62,124 bases of DNA from Candidatus Angelobacter sp. (GCA_035316085.1 DATFXI010000294.1:1-62124); one strand, 5' to 3'; numbered from the stretch's first letter, positions 22,843-34,010 are shown. The notes: generated by a model not told the origin, from the sequence alone. A program made the numbers and translations.

Positions 22843-25362
22843 CTATCGTGAGACTTCGGCGCCGTGCAGTTCGCTGGGCGGAAATGTCAACGGCTGGAAT
22901 TCGCCTCTTGCTGGCCGTATATGCCAGATATCGCGAGCATATTCGCGGACGGTGCGGTCGCTCGAAAACATTCCGGTGCGCGCCACATTGAGGATGGCTC
23001 TCTGCGCCCAGCGTACGGTTTCCCGATAGTCCTGGGCGGCGCGAGAGCTGGCTTCCAGGTACGACGGCAAGTCAGCCATATGGAAGTAACGGTCGCCGCG
23101 ATCCAGGATTTCATCCACAATCCACCGAAACAGGCCGCGCTCGTCAGGAGAGAAACGGTCAGAGGCCAGGCTGTCCATCACGCGGCGCAGTGACGGGTTG
23201 GCCTGGTACAGGTCGCGCGGGCGGTAGTCGCCCTGGCGCTGGCGAAGAGTGACTTCACGCGGGCTGAGCCCGAAGGCGTAGAAGTTCTCGGCCCCCACGG
23301 CATCGAGGATTTCGATATTGGCGCCGTCGAGCGTGCCCAGGGTCAGCGCGCCGTTCATGGCCAGTTTCATGTTGCCGGTGCCGGAAGCTTCCATGCCGGC
23401 CGTGGAAATCTGCTGGCTCAAGTCGGCCGCGGGCATGATGATCTCTGCCAGCGAGACGCGGTAGTCCGGCACGAAGACGACCTTGAGGCGGCCTTCCACG
23501 CGCGGATCGGCGTTCACTACCTGCGCCACGTTGTTGATGAGCTTGATAATCTGCTTGGCTGCCCAGTAACCTGGCGCGGCTTTGCCGGCAAAGATGTAAG
23601 TTCGCGGCGAGGGCGGCGTGGCGCCGTCCTCCACCACAGCCAGATACTCATGGATGATCCGCATCACGTTCAGCAACTGCCGCTTGTATTCGTGAATTCG
23701 TTTCACGTGGACGTCAAACATGGAGCCGGGGTCCACGCTCACCGCTGTGGTGCGAAGGATCTCCTCGGACAGCTTCTCCTTGTTGCGCCGCTTGATGGCC
23801 AAAAACTCCTCTTGGAACGCGCTGTCGCCGGAGTAGCGCTCGATGCCGCGGACCTGTTCCAGGTCAGTGATCCAGCCTTCGCCCACGGTGCGCGTGAGGA
23901 GTGCGGCCAAGCCGGGATTGGCCTTCATGATCCAGCGCCGCGGCGCCACCCCGTTGGTCTTGTTGCTGAATCGCTGCGGCCACAGGCTGGCGAAGTCCGG
24001 GGCTAGGAGATTTTTGAGCAGTTCTGTGTGCAGCATAGAAACGCCGTTAATCGCGTGGCTGCCGGTGATCGCCAAGTGCGCCATGCGCACCTGCTTCTCC
24101 GGGCCCTCCTCGATGATGGACATGCGGCGCTGCCGTTCGAAGTCCAGGGGCCAGCGCCGACCGACTTCACGCAACAACTGGTGATTGATGCCGAAAATGA
24201 TGTCCGTGTGCCGCGGCAGAATGTGCTCCATCAGCGACAGCGGCCATTTTTCCAGTGCTTCCGGCAGCAACGTATGGTTGGTGTAGCCAAGCGTGGCTTG
24301 CGTGATCTCCCAGGCGCGGTCCCAATCCACGTCGTGATCGTCTACCAGCAGACGCATCAGCTCGGCCACCGCCAGGCTGGGATGCGTATCGTTCATCTGC
24401 ACCGCGACCTTGGCGGGGAAATCGTCAAAGCTACCGTGCCCCGCCAGGTAGCGGCGCAAGATGTCCTGAAGCGAGCATGCCACCAGAAAATATTCCTGGG
24501 TCAGGCGCAGCTCTTTGCCCGAGAGCACGGAGTCGGAAGGATACAGCACGCGGGAAATGTTCTCGGAAGCGATTTTCTGCTCTACGGCGCGGATGTAATC
24601 GCCACGGTTGAAAATCTCGATGTCAAAGTCCTGCGACGACCGTGCCGTAAACAGGCGCAGGTAATTCACCGTCTGGCCGTTGAGTCCGGCCACGGGCATG
24701 TCGTCAGGCACGCCGACTACAACTTTGGCGTCCACCCAACGCTGGCGGCGGTTGCCTTGCGAATCACGGGTGCTTTCCACCCGTCCGTACAAAGGGACAG
24801 CGCAGGCTTCCTGGGCGCGTTCGATGAAAAACGGTGTGCCTTCCGCTTTCCAGTTGTCCGGCTTCTCCCTTTGATGTCCAGCTACGATCTCCTGCTTGAA
24901 GAGACCGTATTGGTAGTCAATCCCATAGCCGAAGCCGGGCATGTCCATGGTGGCCAGCGACTCGAGAAAGCACGCGGCCAGCCGTCCCAGACCCCCGTTG
25001 CCCAGCCCGGCGTCCGGTTCGGCCTCCAGCACGTCTTCCAGCCGGATGTTGAGCTCGGCCAGTACGGCGCGGCACTGGTCTTCCAGACGCAAGTTAGAGA
25101 GATTGTCACTCAGCCAGCGCCCCATCAGGAATTCCATGGAGAGGTAGTACAGACGCTTGGCGTCCTGCTGGCGGTACCGCTGCTCCGTAGTGAGCAGCCG
25201 GTCGATCATGCAGTCGCGAATGGCCAGTGACACCGGCTTGAGCATCTCGCGGGGTAAAAAATGGTTCGAAGGACGTGCCAGTGTGTAGCGGATGTGCCGC
25301 AGAATCGACTGCCGGAGCGAGTCCGGAGCGCAGGTTGGTTCGTTAGGCGAATCGGCGGCCAT
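22843..25362 (-). CDS. glgP: Glycogen/alpha-glucan phosphorylase
   Basis: GNGGLGRLAACFLESLATMDMPGFGYGIDYQYGLFKQ, plus the PLP-site motif EASGTGNMKLAMNGALTLGTLDGANIE. Start chosen at 25362 (MAADSP). Confidence 0.95.
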   Translation of the reverse strand: MAADSPNEPTCAPDSLRQSILRHIRYTLARPSNHFLPREMLKPVSLAIRDCMIDRLLTTEQRYRQQDAKRLYYLSMEFLMGRWLSDNLSNLRLEDQCRAVLAELNIRLEDVLEAEPDAGLGNGGLGRLAACFLESLATMDMPGFGYGIDYQYGLFKQEIVAGHQREKPDNWKAEGTPFFIERAQEACAVPLYGRVESTRDSQGNRRQRWVDAKVVVGVPDDMPVAGLNGQTVNYLRLFTARSSQDFDIEIFNRGDYIRAVEQKIASENISRVLYPSDSVLSGKELRLTQEYFLVACSLQDILRRYLAGHGSFDDFPAKVAVQMNDTHPSLAVAELMRLLVDDHDVDWDRAWEITQATLGYTNHTLLPEALEKWPLSLMEHILPRHTDIIFGINHQLLREVGRRWPLDFERQRRMSIIEEGPEKQVRMAHLAITGSHAINGVSMLHTELLKNLLAPDFASLWPQRFSNKTNGVAPRRWIMKANPGLAALLTRTVGEGWITDLEQVRGIERYSGDSAFQEEFLAIKRRNKEKLSEEILRTTAVSVDPGSMFDVHVKRIHEYKRQLLNVMRIIHEYLAVVEDGATPPSPRTYIFAGKAAPGYWAAKQIIKLINNVAQVVNADPRVEGRLKVVFVPDYRVSLAEIIMPAADLSQQISTAGMEASGTGNMKLAMNGALTLGTLDGANIEILDAVGAENFYAFGLSPREVTLRQRQGDYRPRDLYQANPSLRRVMDSLASDRFSPDERGLFRWIVDEILDRGDRYFHMADLPSYLEASSRAAQDYRETVRWAQRAILNVARTGMFSSDRTVREYARDIWHIRPARGEFQPLTFPPSELHGAEVSR

Positions 25363-25470
25363 TACAAAATAGCAAAAACTGCAACTCGGGTTAGTATGAC
25401 ACACATCCCGCCTAAGTCACACTGAGTCAAACACCTGACTACTCCTGGGTGAGGGCAGCGAATCCGCGAA

Positions 25471-25890
25471 TCAGTGGGTAGGTCCCGTAAGGTTCTCATT
25501 CATCTGCGAACTCTCCATTTCTCCCGGCAGGATTTCGCTTAGGGCCCACTGGATGCGCTGGACCGAGTCCTGAATCAGCGGGATTTGCCTTGCCTGCTCC
25601 GCGTACGGTGCGTAAGTGATGGATTGCAAAGCATTGCGCACATGGTGGTTCATGGCGGCGATCACCGCGATCTTCTTCAGCACTTCCCGGTGCTGACGCT
25701 GCTCGTAGGCAAACACCACCAGTCCGGTAATGACTCCGACGACCACGTCATCGAGCGAGGCGAGACTGAGAGGCGAAGTACCCTGGACGAAATACTCTAA
25801 CAGCAAGCCTGCGGCGGCAACCGCTAAGCCCAAACCGATGCTGGTAGAAACCCGACGAAGAAGCGAGTAGCCTCTGGGAACTTGGCGCAT
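25471..25890 (-). CDS. 2-TM protein with stand-alone HisKA_2-like (DHp) helix, no ATPase domain
   Basis: Two TM helices, then IAVIAAMNHHVRNALQSI...SVQRIQWALSEILP. The H-box resembles HisKA_2 (HHRVKNNLQ). It is a paralog of 34742..35230. Confidence 0.65.
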   Translation of the reverse strand: MRQVPRGYSLLRRVSTSIGLGLAVAAAGLLLEYFVQGTSPLSLASLDDVVVGVITGLVVFAYEQRQHREVLKKIAVIAAMNHHVRNALQSITYAPYAEQARQIPLIQDSVQRIQWALSEILPGEMESSQMNENLTGPTH

Positions 25891-25947
25891 AACCGATTAT
25901 CCCACCGGCGGCGCTTAGCTTCAGCGGGAACCGCGGTCCGGAAGCGT

Positions 25948-27354
25948 CTAGAGTTGAGGACGCTGCCGGTGCCATTGCGTGTGACCCTGATAGAGCCGCG
26001 CTGCCTGCACTACTCTGGCGTCTTCGAGCACGCGGCCGATGAACTGCAAGCCGATCGGCAGACCGTCCTTGCCGAAACCACATGGCACGCTGATGGCCGG
26101 CAGGCCGCACACGTTGCCGATGCCGCCGATCGGATCGGCAAAAGACAACGCTAAATCCAGGTTCGCGTCCAGTTTGCTGGCCGTAACCGGCAGCGAAGTC
26201 GAAACAAGAACGTCGACGCCGTCAAAGATTTCGTCCATCTTCTTTTGTAGGATGCTGCGTATGCGCTGGGCCAGGATGAAATCCGAAGCGCTGATCTCCT
26301 CGTTCATGTAAGCCCCAATCCTGCCCAGCGGATCGCTTAGCTCGGCCACCTGACCGGATTGCACCATCGAGCGGAAGGCGGCCGCTCCTTCCACGGAGAC
26401 GATTACTCCCGCCGCGGCTTCCCACGGGCCGTCAGGCAGGCTGATGTCTTTCATGGGCTTGGACACAGCCTGCTCCAGTACTTTGCGCGCCGCTGTGGCT
26501 GCTGTCTTCACCTCAGGCGCTGTATCCTTTTCCTTCCACTGGTTGGCCAGCCAACCCATTCGCAGCGGCGCCGCCGCGGTGGAAGCGCCTTCGTACTTTG
26601 CCGAGGCTTCAGGCAACGACCCAGCATCGGCCGGGTCGTGTCCAGAGATGACTTTCAAAACCAAGTCGCAGTCGTCGGCCGTGCGGCACATGGGCCCGAT
26701 CTTGTCCATGGAGTAGGAAAGGGCCATCGCGCCGGCTCGGCTCACGCGTCCAAACGTCGGGCGCAGCCCGCTGACGCCGCAGAATCCCGACGGACAAATA
26801 ATCGAGCCCCAAGTCTCCGTGCCGATGGCCAACGCCGCCAGTCCCGCCGCCATGACGGCGCCCGAGCCGCTCGAAGAGCCGCAGGTCCAGTAATCCGTGT
26901 TCCACGGATTCTTGGCCGGACCAGTGCACGAGGCCGAGGCGTAGCGGTAGCCCATGCCACCTGCCAGCTCGATCATGGCGGCTTTGCCCAGCAGCACGGC
27001 GCCGGCCTGGTTGAGCTTGCGAATCACGGTGGCGTCGTAATCAAACTTCTGAGAGGCCAAGGGTCGCGCGCCCCAGGTGGTGGGATACCCCTTCACAGCG
27101 AGCAGGTCTTTGGCAGCGTAAGGAATGCCGTGCAGGGCACCGCGGTACTTTCCTGCCGCAATCTCTTTTTCCGCAGCGCGCGCCTGCTCGAGCGCCAGCT
27201 CGGGCGTGAGCGTGGCATACGCGTTCAACCGTGGACCAATTTTGCGGCTGCGCTCCAGATAGCTCTCCGTGAGTTCAACCGGAGAAAGCTGCCGCCCGCG
27301 GACGCGCTTGGCTAACTCTCCAACGGGAAGAAAAAGAACATCTTCATTCACCAT
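25948..27354 (-). CDS. Amidase (amidase-signature family)
   Basis: The signature region GSSSGSGAVMAAGLAALAIGTETWGSI is followed by CGVSGLRPTFGRVSR. No signal peptide. Confidence 0.9.
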   Translation of the reverse strand: MVNEDVLFLPVGELAKRVRGRQLSPVELTESYLERSRKIGPRLNAYATLTPELALEQARAAEKEIAAGKYRGALHGIPYAAKDLLAVKGYPTTWGARPLASQKFDYDATVIRKLNQAGAVLLGKAAMIELAGGMGYRYASASCTGPAKNPWNTDYWTCGSSSGSGAVMAAGLAALAIGTETWGSIICPSGFCGVSGLRPTFGRVSRAGAMALSYSMDKIGPMCRTADDCDLVLKVISGHDPADAGSLPEASAKYEGASTAAAPLRMGWLANQWKEKDTAPEVKTAATAARKVLEQAVSKPMKDISLPDGPWEAAAGVIVSVEGAAAFRSMVQSGQVAELSDPLGRIGAYMNEEISASDFILAQRIRSILQKKMDEIFDGVDVLVSTSLPVTASKLDANLDLALSFADPIGGIGNVCGLPAISVPCGFGKDGLPIGLQFIGRVLEDARVVQAARLYQGHTQWHRQRPQL

Positions 27355-27749
27355 TATTTCTTCCCATCCTTCCTGTAGATCTGGAACACGGTGGCCGGCT
27401 GTTCAGAATTCTCTACAACGAAGGCGCGCATCTTTTCCAGACCCTCCTGGCCTTCGGCCATCACTTTGCGGATGTCCGCCTTCTGGGCGGCGCTGAGTTT
27501 GTCTCCGTACTTGCGGAAGATCTCCGCGATCTTCATCTCGACTTCCGCCCGGCCCTGCGGAGAAAGCTTGGCGAGGGCGGCTTGCGTCTGTTCTTCCAGA
27601 CTGCCCGGCGTGGGGGTCTGGCTTTGCGCCGGCGCTGAAGCCGGCGTCGCGTTTTGACTGAGCGCCTGGTCAGGACGAAGGATTGCGGTGGTGGCTGCGG
27701 CGGCCGCGGCGATCGTAAACCGCCGGCGGTTCATGGAGAATTCGCGCAT
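27354..27749 (-). CDS. Small Tat-signal protein, translationally coupled to the amidase
   Basis: Twin-arginine motif MNRRRFTIAAAAAATTAIL. The stop overlaps the amidase ATG (TAATG). The mature part is helical and charged. Confidence 0.7.
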   Translation of the reverse strand: MREFSMNRRRFTIAAAAAATTAILRPDQALSQNATPASAPAQSQTPTPGSLEEQTQAALAKLSPQGRAEVEMKIAEIFRKYGDKLSAAQKADIRKVMAEGQEGLEKMRAFVVENSEQPATVFQIYRKDGKK

Positions 27750-27875
27750 CGAACACTCTCCTTGCGATGAAAAGGATGGAAGCCGGAGAGTACCCGAAGC
27801 GGCGGGGGAAAATCAAACCCTTCTCACGGATACGAGCTACCGCTACAACGCGGGCTTCGGGGCGACAAGGAAAAG

Positions 27876-29582
27876 CTAGAACGTGAACGCGACGCCGCCG
27901 CGCAGAGAACGCGCCGACTGCACCAGATAAACCAGGCGGCCATCGGGGCCCATCACCGGCAGATATCCTTGTGCCAGCAGGTTACGCAGGTCCACCAGGG
28001 CATCCATCTTGGCAGGGATCAGAGACGTAGCCGGGAGCGGCTGGCGGATGAAGAGGCTGAGGTAAGGATCGGTTTGCCCCGGCGAGGCATTGAAGGCATC
28101 GACTACGGAAACGGTGTTGCCGCTGGTCCATTTATAGGAAGCGATCCAGCGAGTGCCGGAAGCGGGAACGTAGCCGGCCAGTTTGGCGCCGAGAGATTGC
28201 TGGCGGCGTGTCACTAGCGTCTGGGCCAGGTTCTGCCAGGTCCCAGGCACCGACTCCGCGGTTACCGCACCGCCGCTTGAATAGTCGAGAGTGGCAGCCA
28301 GATCGTCGAGAATCTTGCGCTCAAGCACCACGCGTGCGCCCGTCGTGTTCAGCGCGCCAGCGAACGCGTAAGAGAACGTGCCCGAGTAAATGTCGGGTAG
28401 CACGTCATCGGAGTAGGCGGAAGGATCGCCGGCGCCGGTGAGTACGGCGTTGCGGACGTGGTCAAGATAACAGGCCACCTGGAGGCTGGTCTTGCCGAAA
28501 CGCCGCGACACGGAAACTTCTTGATGCTGGGCTTGTTCGATGTTGGGCTCCCCGTTGGCCAGCGCCATGCGAGGCCCTGATTCACTCAAATCGGCCGGCG
28601 CAGTATCAAAACCTTTCGCGGCACGGGTGTTTGGTTCCGAAGTGGAGTAGCGATATTCCACCACAAAGCTGGGTGTCAGGTGCACGGTGACCGCGCCGTA
28701 GGGCCGCAGCGCCGTGATCCGCTTGGCAAATTCCATGGATTGAATGGCGGCGCCATATTGGAGTTCGACGAAGTCGCCCACCGTCATGCGGTCTGAGCTG
28801 TTCAATTCGACGGCAGCCACCGGAGAATTCCCTACAAAGGTGCCCGGGGCGGCGAAGCGGCGATAAATCAAGGCAAATACCGGGTGCTGTGATGTGCCGA
28901 AATCTTGCGAATAAGAAGCACGCAGCACGCCGGCAGGATCGCCTGAGGAAGCACCGATGTTGCCGTCAAAAGAAAACGTGCCCGAACCGAACAGGGACTT
29001 CTCCAAGGCGAACGCCGTGGTCATGTCCCCAGCGCTGCCGAACCCTCCAGCTTCAGACCCGGCAAAAAAGGCGACGCGCGCTTTCAGGCTGTGATCGTCC
29101 GTCTGCTCTGCTGCTGCGGAGGCAGGGTCCCCGGCATTGTTGTCCTGGTCCACGGCGCGCAGCACAGGACGGTTGGCGGAAGAACGCAGCACCCAATGCC
29201 AGTCATCGGGTTCGGTGGCGACTGAACGCCGTGCGGGCAGCGCCTGCGTGGCGCTCGCCATGGCATTCAACGTCACATTCACCAGCACTCTCGCCCCAGC
29301 GCGCAGGCCTACATTCTCGCGTAAAGCGGGCAGGAAGGAAACGGCGCTGACTCTGACGTAGTAGGTTCCCGGAGCAAGGTTTTCCGCGGTATAAAACCCG
29401 CGGCTGTCGGTGAAGACGGTAGCGCCCAAAGCGGCAGCGGAGGTAAAAATCTCCACCACGGCTCCCATTTGCGGCGTGCCCGTGCTGTCTTTGACGGTCC
29501 CGGAAATGGCGCCCACATCCGCCGCGAACGCGGATGTGCCCCCCACCAGGACCAGCAACAAACATGCGAGTTTACGGGCCAT
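27876..29582 (-). CDS. CarboxypepD_reg-domain outer-membrane beta-barrel protein
   Basis: Signal peptide, then ISGTVKDSTGTPQMGAVVEIF....TDSRGFYTAENLAPGTYYVRV (carboxypeptidase regulatory-like fold). The C-terminal beta-signal is ...GGVAFTF. Confidence 0.8.
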   Translation of the reverse strand: MARKLACLLLVLVGGTSAFAADVGAISGTVKDSTGTPQMGAVVEIFTSAAALGATVFTDSRGFYTAENLAPGTYYVRVSAVSFLPALRENVGLRAGARVLVNVTLNAMASATQALPARRSVATEPDDWHWVLRSSANRPVLRAVDQDNNAGDPASAAAEQTDDHSLKARVAFFAGSEAGGFGSAGDMTTAFALEKSLFGSGTFSFDGNIGASSGDPAGVLRASYSQDFGTSQHPVFALIYRRFAAPGTFVGNSPVAAVELNSSDRMTVGDFVELQYGAAIQSMEFAKRITALRPYGAVTVHLTPSFVVEYRYSTSEPNTRAAKGFDTAPADLSESGPRMALANGEPNIEQAQHQEVSVSRRFGKTSLQVACYLDHVRNAVLTGAGDPSAYSDDVLPDIYSGTFSYAFAGALNTTGARVVLERKILDDLAATLDYSSGGAVTAESVPGTWQNLAQTLVTRRQQSLGAKLAGYVPASGTRWIASYKWTSGNTVSVVDAFNASPGQTDPYLSLFIRQPLPATSLIPAKMDALVDLRNLLAQGYLPVMGPDGRLVYLVQSARSLRGGVAFTF

Positions 29583-29615
29583 CGTGCACCACCGAACGTG
29601 GACGTCACTTACCGA

Positions 29616-31355
29616 CTACTGGACCGCGAATTTTGCCGTTGGCGAAATGGTTTGCTTGGAAACCTGGTCGCTCACCTTGATCGTAACCTGATATACGCCG
29701 GGCTCCAGCTTGGCCAGCGGCAAGGTCCTTGCCAAGGTCACATGCTCACCGACGTTGCCCATTTGCGCCGTTGATTCAGTAAAGTTTAGCACGGGTTGAT
29801 TCGTGACCGTATTAATAACTTGATATTCAACCGTCGCCGAAGGCCTTTTCGTCTTCTCGTCCAGACCTAGGTTATAGACCTGCATCCAGAAGCTTACTTT
29901 CTCGCTCTGCTTGAAGGCCACCGGCTTGCCGTCACCCGGCTGTACCCGCGGCCGCACCTTGTTGGTGCCGATCACAAAATTGCCCGTCCCCACTTCATTG
30001 GAGGGTACGTTGGTCAGCCAGTCGGCAAGAATCAGCGTAGAGGCCGACAGCTTTTCTTCGTTACTGAAATCGGGCACCTGGTAGCTGCGGCTGAAGATGC
30101 CGACCTTGTCCCCGTTCACGTCTTTGGCCACTACATCCAGTCGGTACAAGCCGGGCTTCATGGGCAGCGCTTTCCAGTACAGTGACGTGTTGTTGATTTC
30201 CTTTTCCAGCAATTCAGCCGGGATGTCTTTGCGCAAACTGTCTTCAAACGTCTGGACAATTTTCCCGGAGAGCGTTTGCAGTTGCCCGTACACGTTGACC
30301 ACCGCGCGCTGCACCCCGTCTTTGTTGTTCCAGGTGAGCGCACGCAGCGGCACTTGCAGGGTAATCGGCATCAGCACCGTCTGCGGGTCAAGCCGCACGA
30401 AATCCACACGCACGTCAAAGGGCAGCGGGTTGGTGCGGATGCGATGGCTAACCAGTTCGCCGCGCAATTCTCCGTACTTGACGTCGGGTGCACGGTTCAG
30501 CTTGGCAAACGTTTCCAGGCGGTCAAATTCTTTGGTGTTGTTGTTTTTGTTGAAAAAGCCTTCGCCCAGGCTTTCGATACCGCGGAAGCGATCGGCTTTG
30601 TTGGCCATGCCCATGGACTCCATGTCCGTCAGCCCGGCATTGGGCACGTGCAGCAGTGCATCCTTGCGCGAGCGGTCCATGGTCATTTCGTAGGCGCCGC
30701 AGTTGCAGTCATCCACGAATTCAATCTCGATTTCCTGGCCGACGCCTTCCAGGTAGCGGTAACGCCAGATTTCGAACGGATAAGTCGATGTGCTCCCTCC
30801 GCCTTCTTCCGGCGTGCGCTGGTAAGGACCGCCCATGGGATGGGAATCAATGCTGTCGGGCTTCCCGTACATGATGTAGATGCGCCCGCGGTCTGTCTTC
30901 CATCCCGGCATACCTGCAGCAAAATGCTCGTTGGCGTACTGGATACGCCGGTAATGTTCGTCCTTGTATTCGTTCTCCGCAGTGTCCGGTGTGGGATCAC
31001 GACGCAGCCAGAACTGCTCGATAAACTGGTCGCGCTCTGTGTTGTTGCTCAGCTTCTTGAACGCCCCCAACTCTTCGTCGGTGATGATCCAACGCACGTC
31101 TTCGTCGAGCCACTTTTTGTAAACTCCGCCGAGTTTCTCTTTGATGGCTCCCTTGTCGTCAGTCTTGCGCTGCCGCTTCAGCGGATCTGCATCCTGATCC
31201 TGCTGCGTGGAGGACGATTTCTTCTTGGCGGACTTGTCGTTGGATTGAGTTGGGGATTGCGCTGTCTGACTGGGTTCCTGCGCGAGCAGTACGAAACAAC
31301 CAAGAATAAGGACAACACTAGCGGTAAAAAAATGTCGAAACCGGGATAAAACCAC
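29616..31355 (-). CDS. GWxTD domain-containing protein
   Basis: Signal peptide and the GWKTDRGRIYIMYGKPDSI motif (GWxTD). Confidence 0.8.
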   Translation of the reverse strand: MVLSRFRHFFTASVVLILGCFVLLAQEPSQTAQSPTQSNDKSAKKKSSSTQQDQDADPLKRQRKTDDKGAIKEKLGGVYKKWLDEDVRWIITDEELGAFKKLSNNTERDQFIEQFWLRRDPTPDTAENEYKDEHYRRIQYANEHFAAGMPGWKTDRGRIYIMYGKPDSIDSHPMGGPYQRTPEEGGGSTSTYPFEIWRYRYLEGVGQEIEIEFVDDCNCGAYEMTMDRSRKDALLHVPNAGLTDMESMGMANKADRFRGIESLGEGFFNKNNNTKEFDRLETFAKLNRAPDVKYGELRGELVSHRIRTNPLPFDVRVDFVRLDPQTVLMPITLQVPLRALTWNNKDGVQRAVVNVYGQLQTLSGKIVQTFEDSLRKDIPAELLEKEINNTSLYWKALPMKPGLYRLDVVAKDVNGDKVGIFSRSYQVPDFSNEEKLSASTLILADWLTNVPSNEVGTGNFVIGTNKVRPRVQPGDGKPVAFKQSEKVSFWMQVYNLGLDEKTKRPSATVEYQVINTVTNQPVLNFTESTAQMGNVGEHVTLARTLPLAKLEPGVYQVTIKVSDQVSKQTISPTAKFAVQ

Positions 31356-31695
31356 CGGAGCCTCCTTGCAGGCAAAAGAGTACAGGTGCTTAGAATTTTA
31401 AGTCTTTTAAACTTCTGAGGCAAGAACCGGGAGCCACTTTTGGGACCTTAGAAGGTCCTTAACAATATCAAACTAAGGGACTTGACATCAAACGAGGGTG
31501 CTTGACCCACGGCTATTGCTTACGCCGAGGGCCGATTTCAGACCGCTGGGTCTCCTCGCCATCCTTGTATATAATCGAGGACGGTCCCGCCACCATGGAA
31601 AAAAGATAGTAAACCTGCCTCAGAGGGGAACTCTTGTCGCGCGAGCGGCGTATTTAGGAATGTACATCTCCGTGGTGAGCACTCCGGAAGGATCC

Positions 31696-33078
31696 ATGAA
31701 GACAAAGTGGAAGGTGTTAATCGTCATCGTTATCATTCTTGGGGTCGGTTTGCTGGTCGGCCTCACGGTGACCCAGACGCAGAAAAGCATCGTGACGGTG
31801 CAAACCGGCAAGGTGGTCAAACAGGACATTGCGTCTTTGGTGACTGCGTCCGGCGAAATCAAACCTATGACCTATGTCAATGTGGGCGCCAACGCAATGG
31901 GACGGATCGTGCGTCTGCACGTGAAGGAAGGGGACAAGGTCAAGAAGGGACAGTTGCTGGCCCAACTTGAAAATGTCCAGTCAGCGGCCGACGTTCACGG
32001 TATGCAGGCCACGCTGGCAGCCAGCCAGACTGACGCCGTCGCTGCTGAGGCCGCGTTGAATACGGCTCTCGCCCAGCAAAATAGCAGCAAGGCGACCCTA
32101 GCCCAGTCAAAGCTTGATTTTGAGCGAAGCTCCGGTCTTTACAAGGACCAATTGATTTCCAAAGCGGATTTCGACGCAAAAAAAGCGGCCTACGAAGTGG
32201 CTCAGGCTGTGAGTGCGCAAGATCAAGCTCGCGTGGCCCAGGCCAAAGCCAATGTGGATTCCGCACGCGGCCGCGTGAATCAGTCGCGTGCCCAGCTTAC
32301 TCGTGTCAGCGACGTCCTGAGCAAGACGGTTTACACCGCGCCGTTTGACGGCGTGGTCACCAACCTTCCCGTGCACGAAGGCGAGACCGTGGTTATGGGC
32401 ATCCAGAACGCCCCGGGCAGCACGCTGATGACGGTGGCTGATATGAACGTCATCACTGCGGAAGTTCGCGTGGATGAAACTGACATTGTCAACGTGAAAA
32501 TTGATCAGCCTGCTGAAGTGACGATTGACGCCATTCCGGGGAAAACTTTTAAAGGGAAAGTTACCCAGATTGGCGACAATGCCATCATCCGTTCGACCGG
32601 TGTTTCTACCTCACAGAGCACAGCAAGCAGCCAGGAAGCCAAGGATTTCAAAGTGGTCATCACCCTGGAGAACCCGCCGGACAAGTTGCGTCCTGGGCTC
32701 TCTGCGACGGCCAAGATCACTACCGGCTCTGAGCACGGCGTGCTGACCATTCCCATCCAGGCCCTTACCATGCGTGACAAGAATTCCCTGGAGGCTGATT
32801 CTGATAAGAAAAAAGCGGCCAAGCCGGCGGCCACGCCGACCCAGCAGGCCAAGAAGGAAACCCAGGATATTCAGGGCGTTTTCGTGATCACCTCCGCGAA
32901 AAAAGCGGAGTTTCGCCAGGTGGAAACCGGCCTGACCGGGACCACTGACATTCAGGTGAAAAGCGGCCTGAAGGAAAACGACGAGATCATCACCGGCAGC
33001 TACAAAGTGCTGCGTACCTTGAAAAACGGTACGGGAGTGAAAGTAGATAATTCCACCGGCAACAAGGGAGAATCGTAA
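31696..33078 (+). CDS. Efflux periplasmic adaptor subunit (HlyD/MacA-like membrane fusion protein)
   Basis: N-terminal TM helix, a coiled-coil hairpin ([27 protein letters not shown]...), and [21 protein letters not shown] at 31696 is preceded by GGAAGG. Confidence 0.85.
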   Translation: MKTKWKVLIVIVIILGVGLLVGLTVTQTQKSIVTVQTGKVVKQDIASLVTASGEIKPMTYVNVGANAMGRIVRLHVKEGDKVKKGQLLAQLENVQSAADVHGMQATLAASQTDAVAAEAALNTALAQQNSSKATLAQSKLDFERSSGLYKDQLISKADFDAKKAAYEVAQAVSAQDQARVAQAKANVDSARGRVNQSRAQLTRVSDVLSKTVYTAPFDGVVTNLPVHEGETVVMGIQNAPGSTLMTVADMNVITAEVRVDETDIVNVKIDQPAEVTIDAIPGKTFKGKVTQIGDNAIIRSTGVSTSQSTASSQEAKDFKVVITLENPPDKLRPGLSATAKITTGSEHGVLTIPIQALTMRDKNSLEADSDKKKAAKPAATPTQQAKKETQDIQGVFVITSAKKAEFRQVETGLTGTTDIQVKSGLKENDEIITGSYKVLRTLKNGTGVKVDNSTGNKGES

Positions 33079-33152
33079 ACGCCGGACGCCGTGACGCGTC
33101 TAATACTAGAGAGAGGACTTTCTTTCGCGTGGGCCCCAACCAGGAGAACAAC

Positions 33153-33893
33153 ATGGCAACTCAAGTCGCCGCCGTTACCGAGAACGCCCTGAAAACTCCG
33201 CCGCAGAACTGCATGATCTGCACCGAAGACTTGTGGAAGACCTACGAGATGGGTGCGGAACAGGTGCACGCCCTGCGCGGCGTGAACCTGAGCATCAATC
33301 GCGGCGAGTATGTGGCTATTATGGGCCCTTCCGGGTCGGGAAAATCCACGCTGATGAACCTCATCGGCTGCCTGGACACGCCGACGAAAGGCCGCTATTG
33401 GCTCAACAGCAGCCTGGTCAGCGAGCTTGACGATGACGAACTGGCCCGCATCCGCAATAAGGAAATCGGCTTCGTTTTCCAGACCTTCAACCTGCTCGCC
33501 CGCGCCACGGCTCTGCACAACGTGGAACTGCCGCTCATATACAGCGGCACGGCTGCGGAAGAAAGAATCGCGCGCGCCAAAGAGGCCCTGACTGCGGTGG
33601 ATTTAGCCGACCGCATGAGCCACAAGCCCAACGAGCTTTCCGGCGGCCAGCGCCAGCGCGTGGCCATTGCCCGCGCCCTGGTCAACCACCCCTCCATCAT
33701 TCTGGCTGACGAGCCCACCGGCAACCTGGATTCACAAACTGGCCAGGAAATCATGGGGCTGTTCGCAGAACTGCACAAGAAAGGCAATACCATCGTGCTG
33801 GTGACGCACGAAGCCGACATCGCGCAGCACGCACACCGGGTGATCCACATCAGGGACGGTGTGATCGCCAGCGACGAGCGCGTGAGCCGTTAG
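33153..33893 (+). CDS. ABC transporter ATP-binding protein (MacB/LolD-type)
   Basis: Walker [10 protein letters not shown], signature LSGGQRQR, Walker [20 protein letters not shown] upstream of the ATG at 33153. Confidence 0.9.
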   Translation: MATQVAAVTENALKTPPQNCMICTEDLWKTYEMGAEQVHALRGVNLSINRGEYVAIMGPSGSGKSTLMNLIGCLDTPTKGRYWLNSSLVSELDDDELARIRNKEIGFVFQTFNLLARATALHNVELPLIYSGTAAEERIARAKEALTAVDLADRMSHKPNELSGGQRQRVAIARALVNHPSIILADEPTGNLDSQTGQEIMGLFAELHKKGNTIVLVTHEADIAQHAHRVIHIRDGVIASDERVSR

Positions 33894-34010
33894 GAATCAA
33901 GTCCATCCGCCACATGATTTCGAGCGGTGAGCGGGCGGCGAGATCGTCCCTCCCAAAGTGCCAGGCATTGGCTGTGTGAATCCGGCCTGCCTTCCCTTAC
34001 ACTAGCTTGC

